Assembly: GCF_009914755.1 (NCBI RefSeq)
Contig: NC_060934.1
Origin: the human T2T-CHM13v2.0 reference genome, Homo sapiens
Length of the DNA stretch: 64,000 nt
Reading direction: 5' to 3' (one strand)
Part shown: positions 43,089 through 56,902 of the stretch, piece after piece
How positions within the stretch are numbered: the first letter of the stretch is position 1
Layout: every line of letters starts with the position of its first letter
Position numbers and translations under genes: made by a program
The notes under the pieces: generated by a model
What the model saw: only the letters and a program-made list of their open reading frames with translations
The model's database searches: none
Told to the model about the DNA's origin: nothing

Positions 43089-43812
43089 AATTTCCAATGG
43101 TCTATTTTCTAAGAAGCAACTTGACAGTGCTTTGGACACTTTTCAACCTGGTCAAGAGACCAGGTATTCTCTTTGTCCTTACATGCTTCCTGAGATAATT
43201 TAAAAGAATAAAATATATTTGCTTACTCTACCTCGTGAAGAATGTTTAAAAATGTACATAACATACAGCAACTCACAGAATTGCTGAGCTTCAAAATCAA
43301 CTGGTTTAATATTTTTATATTCTTTAAAAAAAAAAAATCAGTGAATCCCCTTTTCCATATGTGCTTAGGTCCCAAATAGATAAAAGATCTACAAATGCCG
43401 CTGCTTGGGTTGAAGCCCATGTGAAGGGCCAAGGTCCTGACTGCTCTGTTGATCTTTCTTAATCTCAGCCCCTCTCGGGTTCTGTGAGATCCCACAGTTT
43501 AAAAATTAAGGATCTGATCCAACTCCTTCATTTATAAATGAAGAATGTGAGTTCTAGAAATGTCAAGAAACTTGCCCATGGCCAAATGGCAGTCTGCATA
43601 GAAGAGTTACAAGTTAAGTTTCTGAGTTCTAGTTCAGTGGATTTACTTATTAAAATATTTTACTAACTATGTGAAAATAACCAAATGCACATCTGTAGGG
43701 AAGATTTTAAAGTAGGATTCAAAATTTTATAAATTTATGCATAAATAGAAACATACATGTATAATGTGTATATATAATACATATAACTGTAACTATGGCT
43801 AACTATGGTACA

Positions 43813-44040
43813 CAGGTTGAGAATCCCTAATGCTGAAACTCAAAATCCAAAATGCTCCAAAATCCGAAACTTTTTGAGAATTGACATGATACTCAAAGAA
43901 TATGCTCATTGGAGCATTTCAGATTTTTGGATCAGGGATGCTCAACTGAGTGCATTCTGGAAATATTCCAAAGTATCCCCAAGATTGAAATCCGAAACGC
44001 TTCTGGTCCCAAGCATTTTGGATAAGGGATACTCAACTTA
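43813..44040 (+). mobile_element. Tigger4a/MER46A-like TcMar MITE
   Basis: TIRs caggttgagaatccctaat ... ataagggatactcaactt, internal TIR copy at ~43931-43947. Confidence 0.85.
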
Positions 44041-44916
44041 CATAATATTGTATAAAACAACTGGAAAGAAATATATCACATATTAACTGCAGTTATACTT
44101 AATGATGGTTCTGTAGGTATTTTCTACTTTTCTCCACCTATTTTTCTTTAATAAGCATATATTACTTTTATCACAATCATACAAAATAAAAAACAAGAAA
44201 AGTTAAAAATAAAAGACCTTAACAAACTCCTTAACAAAGCATAATAATAGCTGATGAAATGTGGCCTTTGGCAGAAGACGGACCACAGTTTGACTCTCAG
44301 CATCTCCCATACATAATCCATTATGTGAGCTTCAGCTTATTCACCTCTAAAATGAAGATAATGATAATCAAGTATTTCCTTCACAGGGTTGTTGTCGATA
44401 TTTAACTAAGAAATCATATGTGAAAGTTCATGAAACATAACCTAGCTCTAAAAGCAGTGATTTTCAGATGGGTCTTTGGGTACCCATATCCTTTTGTTTT
44501 TCTTTCTCAAATTATCTATTATATCCAGTAGCCACTGTCCACTACATCTCACTATAAAAAAAACTCTACCTACCAGGGGGCTAATTTTTTTTCTCAAATG
44601 ATGACTGTTGCAAAGATCTGGAGATTTAAGGGCTTGAAATGCTATTTCCCTGAGTATGTTTTTGTGAAATAATAATCTGATAAAATCTTCCAAGCTTTTA
44701 AAAAATATATAGCCAAATAAGCCTAGGAATACATACTATAATCTCTCCTGGGGATAGCAGTATGCATTAGGATGTTAAAACCTCCAGGAAATCCTCCAAT
44801 AAAGAAACTATTTACCAGGATTTCTCAAGCCGACTTCATCAAGGCTGTCCTACTCCTTGCCCCTTTTCCTATAGGACTCATCTCTACTGAATCCCAAAAT
44901 CTTTTGCTTGTCAGGG

Positions 44917-45123
44917 TGAGACAGGGTCTTACTCTATTGCCCAGGCTGGAGTGCTGTGGTGCAATCATGGCTCACTGCAATCTCTATCTCCTGGGTGCAA
45001 GTGATTCTCCCAACTCAGCCTCCCAGAAGCTGGGACCACAGGTGCATGCCACTGTATCTGGCTAATTTTTAAAATATCTGTAGAGATTGGGGTGGGGGGT
45101 CTCACTATGTTGCTCGGGCTGGC
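44917..45123 (-). mobile_element. Partial AluJ
   Basis: gagacagggtcttactct...caatcatggctcactgcaa...tcactatgttgctcgggctgg. Confidence 0.85.
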
Positions 45124-46057
45124 CCAAATCTTACTTTAGAAAGAATCCCATCTTACTCTGGGAGTCCCAATCTTACTCTGAGAGTCCACTCTCAGTTTTT
45201 CAGTCCATATAACAACCAATCAAGTGGCAATAATAGCTTTTAAAGATATTTCAGACTTTGCAAACAAACTGGGTGTTCCCTCTTCTGAGCATCCATAGTA
45301 CCGTGCACTTTCCCTGTCACACCTTCCTGTGACTAAGTGTCTGTCTAGACTCCCCAAAGAGCCTACGAGTGAATGTGAAGTAGCTACAATGTTAAGCACC
45401 CATAGATCTACATGCCCAGGGCTCAGAAGATAATCAATGTCTGCTCAATATCTTCAAAAATATTCCTTTGACCTAGTAATGTGTAGATGGCTTAATGGAA
45501 AACAAACCTGCTGAAAATACCATTGACAATGAAAATGGCTGTAAAACAATTTGGACGCGCAAGGAGAATAAGATGGGCATTCTCTAGAGAAATGTAAAAC
45601 CAAAGTACATCTCTGACTGCTTAAAAACCACCGTAAAGAATTTCAATTGCCACCAGTACTGCCCAGAGAGTGTCAAGAAGACACACATGCCAAATGGGAG
45701 TTCTGGCAGAAGGTCAGGAAGAAAAGGGGAACTCCTTGGCCTCAGACCCAAGGCCTCCCTTCAAACACTCTCAGCAGAGTTAGGAAAACAGCCAAAGGAA
45801 CCCTCAACATCTTGAAATGGGTATGAGAACTCTAAAGAAATATTCTCAGTGGAGTGTTGAGGCCCAAGGGAGATGAACACAGGCTTTTCACCTAGGTTCT
45901 TCATTTCCCCCTTGCCCAGCACAGGAAGCCAGCCAAGATAGGAAACTCCCTGAGAACCACAGGGACCAGACAGAGGCCAAAGTGTTATTTCAGTCCTCTC
46001 TGATGAGAGGAAGAGTCACATAATCTCCTCTCAAGAGATAATCAACTTTTTAAGAAA

Positions 46058-47175
46058 TATTTATTTATTTGTTATTTTACTTTAAGTTCTGGGATACATG
46101 TGCTGACACGCAGGTTTGTTACTTAGGTATACATGTGCCATGGTGGTTTGCTGCACCTATCAATCCATCATCTAGGTTTTAAGCCCCTCATGCATTAGGT
46201 ATTTGTCCTAACGCTTTCCCTCCCCTTTCCCCCTACCCTATGACAGGCCCCAGTGTGTAATGTTCTCCTCCCTGTGTCCAGCTCCCATTTATGAGTGAGA
46301 ACATGTGGTTTTTGGTTTTCTGTTCATGTGTTACTTTGCTGAGGATGATGGGTTCCAGCTTCACCCATGTCCCTGCTATTTATGACAAACCCATAGCCAA
46401 TATCATACTGAAAGGACAAATGCTGGAAGCATTCCCTTTGAAAACTGGCATAAGACAAGGATGCCCTCTCTCACCACTCCTATTCAACATAGTATTGGAG
46501 TCCTATAGGAAAAGGGCAATAAGGCAAGAGAAAGAAATAAAGCGCATTCAAATAGGAAGAGAGTAAGTCAAATTGTCTCTGTTTGTAGATGACATGATTG
46601 TATATTTAGAAAACCCTATCATCTCAGCCCAAAAAGTCCTTAGGCTGATAAGCAACTTCAGCAAAGTCTCAGGATACAAAATCAATGTGCAAAAATTACT
46701 AGCATTCCTATACACTGATAATAGACAAGCAGAAAGCCAAATCATGAGTGAACTCCCATTCACAATTGCTACAAAGAAAATAAAATACCTAGGAATCCAA
46801 CTGACAAGGGATGTGAAGGACCTCTTCAAGGAGAACTACAAACCACTACTCAAGGAAATAAGAGATGACACAAACAAATGGGAAAACATCCCATGCTTAT
46901 GGATAGGAAGAATCAATATCATGAAAATGGCCATACTGCCCAAAGTAATTTATAGCTTCAATGCTATTCCCATCAAGCTACCACTGACTTTCTTCACAGA
47001 ACTAGAGAAACCTACTTCAAATTTCATATGGAACCAAAGAAGAGCCTGTAAAGCCAAGACAATCCTAAGCAAAAAGAACAAAGTTGGAAGCATCACGCTA
47101 CCTGACTTCAAACTATACTACAAGGCTACAGTAACCAAAACAGCATGGTACTGGTACTAAAACAGGTATATAGAC
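46058..47175 (-). mobile_element. 5'-inverted, truncated L1PA (about PA7/8): 3' end on - strand (46058-46376) plus ORF2 segment on + strand (46375-47175)
   Basis: Reversed L1 3'UTR joined to sense ORF2 text (YDKPIANII...TAWYWY); flanking direct repeat aatcaacttt at 46040-46049 and 47176-47185. Confidence 0.9.
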
Positions 47176-47731
47176 AATCAACTTTAAAATAGGAAAAAAT
47201 CAAATGCTAGGAGCCAATTTCATAATGGTCCATCAAGTATCCATCTGGCATTACAAGCATGGCAAGCACATATCTAACAAAGGAACTCGAATATTGCAAA
47301 GGTGAGCCCCATCAGGGCCTCTTTGAGACAGTGAGACAAATTAATGGCTTCTATTAACTAACTGGGTCAACAAAATTATTCCTTCCTTAAAATAACCCCT
47401 GTGCTTCCCCATAACTTGGAATTCTCTACGTATTCATCAAGAAGTTTAGATTCTTCCTTTAGTCTTTAAGGTCCTTCTCTGCAAAGCCTTAGCTGTCTAC
47501 TCCACTTCATAATCCTTTTCTCCTCCCTGAATTCCTAAACCATGAATACCTGTGGTACACAATACAATTTAATGGTCTTATGTGTGTGCTATGGTAGAAA
47601 GAGTATTAGCCAAGTGAGCCAGGGAGCCTGCGTTTGAGAGTCTATCCAGCTACTTCCCTTCTTGACAAAGTCCTTTAGCCTTGCCAAGCCTGTTTCCTCT
47701 GGGAAATAGGATTAACAACTACCTTACCTAC

Positions 47732-50014
47732 TGATATAGCTTGGCTGTGTCCCCACCCAAATCTCATTCTGAATTGTATTCCCATAATTCCCATTCTCCT
47801 CATGTGTTGTGGGAAAGACCCAATAGGAGATAATTTGAATCATGGAGGTGGTCCCCTTATACTGTTCTTGTGGTAGTGAATAAGCCTCATGAGATCTGAT
47901 GGGTTTATCAGAGGTTTCCACTTTTGCTTCCTTCTCATTTTCTCTTACCACCACCATGTAAGAAGTGCCTGTCACTTCCTGCCATGATTCTCAGGCCTCT
48001 GCAGCCATGTGGAGCTGTAAGTCCATTTAAACCTCTTTTTCTTCTCAGTCTTGGGTATGTCTTTATCAGCAGCATGAAAACAAACTAATACAGTACATTG
48101 GTACCAGTAGAGTAGGGTGTTGCTGAAAAGATATCTGAAAATGTGGAAGCGACTTTGGAACTGGGTAACAAGCAGAGGCTGGAACAGTTTGGAGGGCTCA
48201 GAAGAAGACAGAAAAATGTGGGAAAGTTTGGAACTTCCTAGAGACTTGTTGAATGGCTTTTCCCAAAATGCTGATAGCAATATGAACAATAAGGTCCAGG
48301 CTGAGGTGGACTCAGATGGAGATGAGGAACTTGTTGGGAACTGGAGCAAAGGTACTCTTGTTATGTTTCAGCAAAGAGACCGGAAGCATTTTGCCCCTGC
48401 CCTAGAGATTTGTGGAACTTTGAACTTGAGAGAGACGTTTTAGGGTACCTGGCGGAAGAAATTTCTAAGCAGTAAAGCATTTAAGATGTAACCTGGGTGC
48501 TGTTAAAGGCATTCAGTTTGATAAGGGAAGCAAAGCATTCAGTTTGATAAGGGAAAATCTGCAGCCTGACTATGTGATAGAAAAGAAAAACACATTTTCC
48601 TGGGAGAAATTCAAGCTGGCTGCAGAAATTTTCATAAGTAGTAAGGAGCTTAATGTTAATCCCCAGGACAATGGGGGAAATGTCTCCAGGGCATGTCAGA
48701 AGTTCTTCACAGCAGCCCCTCCCATCACAGGCCCAGGAGGAAAACGTTGTTTCATGGGCCGGGTCCAGGGTCCCCGTGCTGTGTGCAGACTAGGGACTTG
48801 GTGCCCTGTGTCCCAGGCACTCTAGCAGTGGCTGAAAGGGGCCAAAATACAGCCCGGGCTGTGGCTTCAGAGGGTGGAAGCCCCAAGCCTTGGCAGCTTC
48901 CCCATTGTGTTGAGCCTGCGGGTGCACAGAAGTCAAGAATTGAGGTTTGGGAACTTCTGCCTAAATTTCAGAAGATGTATGGAAATGCCTGGATGCCCAG
49001 GAAAAAGTTTGCTGCAGGGGCCCGGCCCTCATGGAGAACCTCTGCTAGGGCAGTGCAGAAGGGAGATGTGGGGTCAGAGCCCCCACATAGAGTTCCTACT
49101 GGGGTACTGCCTAGTGGAGCTGTGAAAAGAGGGCCACCATCCTCCAGACCCCAGAATGGTAGATCTACTGGCAGTGTGCACCATGCGCCTGGAAAAGCCA
49201 CACTCAATGCCAGTCCATGAAATCAGCCGGGAGGGAGGCTGTACCCTGCAAAGCCAAAGGGGTGGGGCTGCTCAAGACCATAGGAACACACCTTTTGCAT
49301 CAGTGTGACCAAGATGTGAGACCTGGAGTCAAAGGAGATCATTTTGGAGCTTTAATATTTGACTGCCCCACTGGAGTTTGGACTTACATGGGTCTGTAAC
49401 CCCTTTGTTTTGGCCAATTTCCCCCATTTGGAAATGCTGTATTTACCCAATACCTGTACCCCTACTGCATCTAGGAAGTAACTAGCTTGCTTTTGATTTT
49501 ACAGACTCATAGGCAGAAGGGACTTGTCTTGTTTCAGATCAGACTTTGGACTGTGGACTTTTGGATTAATGCTGAAATGAGTTAAGACTTTGGGGGATTG
49601 TTGGGAAGGCATGATTGGTTTTGAAATGTGAGGATGTGAGATTTTGCGGGGACAGGGGCAGAATGATATGGTTTGGCTGTGTGCCCACGCAAATCTCATT
49701 TTGAATTGAATTCCCATAATTCCCATGTATTGTGACAGGGACCCAGTGGGAGACAATTTAAATCATGGGCAGTTTCCTCCATGCTGTTGTCATGGTAGTG
49801 AATAAGTCTCATGAGATCTGATGGGTTTATCAGGGGTTTCCATTTTTGCTTGCTCCTCATTTTTCTCTTGCCGCCACCATGTAAGAAGTGCCTTTTGCCT
49901 CCTGCCATGATTCTGAGGCCTCCCTAGCCATGTGGAACTGTAAGTCCAATTAAATATCTTTTTCTTCCCAGGCTCGGGGTGTCTTTATTAGTAGTGTGGA
50001 AACGAACTAATACA
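47732..50014 (+). mobile_element. Complete THE1A (MaLR) element: LTR 47732-48092, internal 48093-49663, LTR 49664-50014
   Basis: TG...CA LTRs (tgatat..ggctgtgt...actaataca), purine tract before the 3' LTR, 5-bp TSD cctac (47727-47731 / 50015-50019); interrupts a MIR. Confidence 0.93.
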
Positions 50015-50976
50015 CCTACCTTCACACAGGCTGCTACTGCTGGGAGGATTCAATCATGTAAAAGGAATAAAAGCTACTAATTACTCTAGGAAGTATATCT
50101 TGGTCTTCTTGTAACAACCTACACTTCTTATCTATTGCCCAATTCGGTCCACAGTGACACTTCATAAATATATACTGAAGCTGCCACTTACAAATGACAT
50201 ATTTAAAGCCCAATCATTCTGACCCACGAGTAAAGAGAGCCTTCGAAATTTCAAGAGCAAATAAACTTTTATTTTTCCAAGCAAGTTTTGAAACTTGAAA
50301 TAAAGGTATACATGCTGTTTTCCTGCAACTGATGCTGAAATTGTGCAAAAGAGGGAAAAGCTCATTGCTATGGAAGTGAACTGTTGGACAGCTATTCAGT
50401 ACTTCAAAGGTCACTGCTAAAAAGTGGACCCCCAAGACCCCAGAGCCCAGCTATACAGGGTGAGGTAAGGGTTACTCTTCCCTGAATTCACACACTGTGG
50501 TGTTTTTGAAAAGGGAAAGACAAAATATCATATCTAGACCCAGAAGACTGTATGTTAGCCTGGGCTCAGAGAAGAACTGCCACCATCCCCAGAAAAGCCA
50601 TGCTGAATCCATTATTGGGAGAATGTTAAAAAATAACATAGAGCCCAAATTACTAGACATTTTTCAGAACTGGTAATAATATAAGAGTAAAAATATGCAT
50701 AAATTCTTTATCCCAAAATAACACAAAATTTGAGACACAGAAGTAGCACAGAAATACTTCGTTCATATCTAAGTTTTAGAGATAAGTAAACTAAAATGCA
50801 GTGAGATTGTGATTGGTCTAAAATCTCATACATAGCAAAGAGTCACCTTGGGGCTAGACCAAGACCCAAAATGCTTTTTAGGGCTCTCCCACTGAAATAG
50901 ATTCAATAGTCTCACAGATCTAAGCTTGTATCAAGGGTAGTCTAAAAAGTTTCTTAAAATTATAATGGTGTTCTAA

Positions 50977-52303
<1,327 letters not shown>

Positions 52304-52306
52304 TAG

Positions 52307-52576
<270 letters not shown>

Positions 52577-53473
52577 TGACTAGCCATATGGAGAAAGCTG
52601 AAACTGGATCCCTTCCTTAAACCTTATACAAAAATTAATTCAAGATGAATTAAAGACTTAAATTTTAGACCTAAAACCATAAAAACCCTAGAAGAAAACC
52701 TAGGCAATACCATTCAGGACACAGGCATGGGCAAGAACTTCATGTCTAAAACACCAAAAGCAATGGTAACAAAAGCCAAAATTGACAAATAGGATCTAAT
52801 TAAACTAAAGAGCTTCTGCACAGCAAAAGAAACTACCATCAGAATGAACAGGCAACCTACAGAATGGGAGAAAAGTTTTGCAATCTACTCATCTGACAAA
52901 GGGCTAATATCCAGAATCTACAATAAACTGAAAGACATTTACAAGAAAAAAACAAACAACCCCATCAAAAAGTGAGCGAAGGATATGAACAGACACTTCT
53001 CAAAAGAAGACATTTATGCAGCCAAAAGACACATGAAAAAGTGCTCATCATCACTGACCATCAGAGAAATGCAAATCAAAACCACAATGAGATACCATCT
53101 CACACCAGTTAGAATGGAGATCATTAAAAAGTCAGGAAACAACAGGTGCTGGAGAGGATGTGGAGAAATAGGAACACTTTTACACTGTTGGTGGGACTGT
53201 AAACTAGTTCAACCATTGTGGAAGTCAGTGTGATGATTCCTCAGGGATCTAGAACTAGAAATATCATTTGACCCAGCCATCCCCATTACTGGGTATATAC
53301 CCAAAGGATTATAAGTCATGCTGCTATAAAGACACATGCACATGTATGTTTACTGTGGCACTATTCACAATAGCAAAGACTTGGAACCAACCCAAATGTC
53401 CAACAATGACAGACTGGATTAAGAAAACGTGGCACATATACACCATGGAATACTATGCAACCATAAAAAATGA

Positions 53474-54785
53474 CCCTCTTCCCTCTTCCCTCTCCCTCTT
53501 TGCACTGTCTCCCTCTGATGCCAAGCCGAGGCTGGACTGTACTGCCGCCATCTCGGCTCACTGCAACCTCCCTGCCTGATTCTCCTGCCTCAGCCTGCCC
53601 GGTGCCTGGGATTGCAGGCGCGCGCCACCACGCCTGACTGGTTTTCGTGTTTTTGGTGGAGACAGGGTTTCGCCGTGTTGGCCGGGCTGGTCTCCAGCTC
53701 CTGACTGCGAGTGATCTGCCAGCCTTGGCCTCCCAAGGTGCCGGGATTGCAGACGGAGTCTCGCTCACTCAGTGCTCAATGTTGCCCAGGCTGGAGTGCA
53801 GTGGCGTGATCTCGGCTCGCTACAACCTCCACCTCCCAGCCGCCTGCCTTGGCCTCCCAAAGTGCAGAGATTGCAGCCTCTGCACGGCTGCCACCCCGTC
53901 TAGGAAGTGAGGAGCGCCTCTGCCTGGCCGCCCATCGTCTGGGATGTGAGGAGCCCCTCTGCCCGGCTGCCCAGTCTGGGAAGTGAGTAGCGCCTCTTCC
54001 CAGCCGTCATCCCGTCTAGGATGTGGGGAGCGCCTCTGCCCCGCCGCCCTGTCTGAGATGTGAAGAGCGCCTCTGCCCAGCCGCGACCCCGTCTGGGAAC
54101 TGAGGAGTGTCTTTGCCCCGCCGCCACCCTGTCTGGGAGGTAAGGAGCATCTCTGACCGGCCGCCCCGTCTGAGAAGTGAGGAGCCCCTCCGCTCGGCAG
54201 CTGCCCCGTCTGGGAAGTGAGGAGCCCCTCCGCCCGGCAGCCACCCCGTCTGGGAGGTGTACCCAACAGCTCATTGAGAACGGGCCATGATGACGATGCA
54301 GTTTTGTCGAATAGAAAAGGGGGAAATGTGGGGAAAAGAAAGAGATCAGATTGTTACTCTGTCTGTGTAGAAAGAAGTAGACATAGGAGACTCCATTTTG
54401 TTCTCTACTAAGAAAAATTCTTCTGCCTTGGGATGCTGTTAATCTATAAACCTTACCCCCAACCCTGTGCTCTCTGAAACATGTGCTGTGTCCACTAAGG
54501 GTTAAATGGATTAAGGGCGGTGCAAGATGTGCTTTGTTAAACAGATGCTTGAAGGCAGCATACTCCTTAAGAGTCATCACCACTCCCTAATCTCAAGTAC
54601 CCAGGGACACAAACACTGCGGAAGGCGGAAGGCGGCAGGGCCCTCTGCCTAGGAAAACCAGAGACCTTTGTTCACATGTTTATCTGCTGACCTTCCCTCC
54701 ACTATTGTCCTATGACCCTGCCAAATCCCCCTCTCCGAGAAACACCCAAGAATGATCAATAAATACTAAAAAAATTAAAAAAAAA
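53474..54785 (+). mobile_element. SVA (older subfamily, probably SVA_B): CCCTCT remnant, Alu-like, short VNTR (~53890-54260), SINE-R, poly-A
   Basis: ccctcttccctct; gccgaggctggactgtactgccgcc; ccccgtctgggaagtgaggagc units; gaaacacccaagaatgatcaataaa. Confidence 0.95.
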
Positions 54786-54937
54786 TTTATTGTATGTTAA
54801 TTACATCTCAATAAAGCTGTTTTAAAAATTATAAAAAATCAAAACCATACACCCACATATATAATGAATATAGATTTTAAAACAATAAATCTAATGCCTG
54901 GAACTCTTAAAAAAATAAAAAAATAAAAAATAAAAAA
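54786..54937 (+). other. SVA 3' transduction (~123 bp) plus second poly-A tail
   Basis: Sequence not belonging to the SVA or the host L1PA lies between two A tails; AATAAA at 54884-54889; whole insert bounded by TSD ataaaaaatga (53463-53473 / 54938-54948). Confidence 0.88.
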
Positions 54938-56198
54938 ATAAAAAATGATGAGTTCATGTCCTTTGTAGGGACATGGATGAAGCTGGAACCATCATTCTCA
55001 GCAAACTGTCACAAGGACAAAAAACCAAACACCACATGTTCTCACTCATAGGTGGGAATTGAACAATGAGATCACATGGACACAGGAAGGGGAACACCAC
55101 ACACCGGGGCCTATTGTGGGGTGGGGGGAGTGGGGAGGGATAGCATTAGGAGATATACCTAATGCTAAATGACGAGTTAATGGGTGCAGCATGCAGCACA
55201 CCAACATGGCACATGTATACATATGTAACAAACCTGCACATTGTATACCTGTACCCTAAAACTTAAAGTATAATAAAAAAAAAAAAGCAGAGAAAAACAG
55301 CACGTGTTCATTATAGATTCTAAGCTTACCGGGATTTTATATTTAGCCTCAATTTAGTAAAAAAGAAATGTGCTAAATTCAATTTGGCTCCAATTTTAGC
55401 CTTTAATATTATAAAAACCATCAGACAATATGCCATGACATGGTAAAAACGATGTACAGTTAATTATCAAAGCCAAGCAGGTCTTTAAACAGAAAAGTAA
55501 AAGCAATTATTCTGGTAATGAAAAAAAAAATTACTAACCAAAATTAGTAAATAAATCATTTATAAATTTTTTTTATCCTTATTCACAAATAATCTATTAT
55601 ACTACCTTGTCATCTGGCACTCGCTAGAAACAAGACAGGGTTAACAATTTACCATGCAAATTTCACACTGAACATAAGTTTTCAAGAATCAGAATACCAC
55701 AAAATACTGCAATGCAACGAGACCTGGGGCAATTGCTCAGAAAATCTGAATTCTAACACTTGTTCTAGCACTAACCTGTACTCCAACCCCAGTGTCTCAG
55801 TTTCCTAGTATGGAATAATTTATTCCATCCACTTATTCTATTAGTTAAGGGAATTTGCATGTACCTGACAGTGCTTTGGAAAACATAATACATAAAATGT
55901 AAGAAATTATTATACTGAATATAATTTATTCTTTCCTTGACGATTCGATGGACTTTTAAAATGAATGCCATGAAATTAATAATTTAATTTTTATGATTTT
56001 TTAAGGCATGAAGGACTCAAGATTGAACAAACAAGCTGGCGTATCAGTGAAGAAAGTACTGAGAAACTACAGGATTCTAGATGTTTCTAAATGCTGATAA
56101 TGACAAAAGAATGATGAAAGTCCTACATGCGTAGTCTCTTAGACTTATAGTGAACCAAACTTTTGGCTTCACGTATCAAACCTCTAAAAACAAAAGCA

Positions 56199-56354
56199 CC
56201 TGGACATGGTGGTTCATGCCTGTAATCGCAAAACTTTGGGAGGCCAAGGTGGGAGAATCTCTTGAGGCCAGGAGTTCATGACCAGTCTAGGCAACACAGT
56301 GAGACAACATCTCTATTTTTTTTAAATGTAACAAAAAATAAATACATTTAATAA
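56199..56354 (+). mobile_element. FLAM/Alu left monomer with 14-bp TSD
   Basis: Monomer only; TSD taaaaacaaaagca at 56185-56198 and 56355-56368. Confidence 0.85.
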
Positions 56355-56628
56355 TAAAAACAAAAGCAAAAGTAACATGGAGTATATACATGACTTTACT
56401 CTGAAAGCTTACAGTTGACTTAAAGGAAGATCAAAATCTTGCGGACATGTAGCATTTAGCTCAAACTTTATAACACAAAACTACCTGTGGGGTACCTTGT
56501 TAAAGGGCAATACAAATCAAGAATTGATATTATTTTATTATGAAACAGACCAAGTGCCTCTTTGTAAAAGCTTCAAGTTCAGATAAAAGTTTTTACATCT
56601 TGTGGAACTTTCCATAAAATAATAACCA

Positions 56629-56902
56629 GAACAGGTACAGTGGCTCACACATTTTGGGAGGCTGAGGCAGGTGGATAACTTAAGGCCAGGAGTTTGAGAC
56701 CAGCCTGGGCAAAACCTGTGTCTACTAAAAATACAAAACTTAACTGGGCGTGGTAGCTCATGCCTGCAATCCCAGATACTCAGGAAGCTGAGGCATGAGA
56801 ATTGCTAGAACCTGGGAGGCAGAGGCTGCAGTAAGCCGAGATCCTGTCACTGCACTCCAGCCTCCAGCCTGAGCAACAGAGCAAGACTTTGTCTCAAAAA
56901 AA
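56629..56902 (+). mobile_element. Old Alu (Jb/Sz-like) with internal deletions
   Basis: Dimer structure; TSD-like aaataataacc on both sides. Confidence 0.87.

Noticed and set aside
46291-47160. 91- and 195-aa RT-like ORFs
   Set aside because: Broken L1 ORF2 with a stop before the catalytic motif and FADD changed to FVDD
47829-47845. Possible DUX4 site in the THE1A 5' LTR (taatttgaatca)
   Set aside because: Does not fit the 11-bp TAAYYYAATCA spacing; cannot be supported from sequence alone
48117-49399. Several ORFs up to 175 aa
   Set aside because: Fragments of the degenerate THE1 internal ORF
53890-54260. Array of ~40-bp repeats that might suggest a CRISPR-like locus
   Set aside because: SVA VNTR; no unique spacers, eukaryotic context
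53361-54583. ORFs of 135-227 aa
   Set aside because: Arise from GC-rich SVA Alu-like and VNTR sequence
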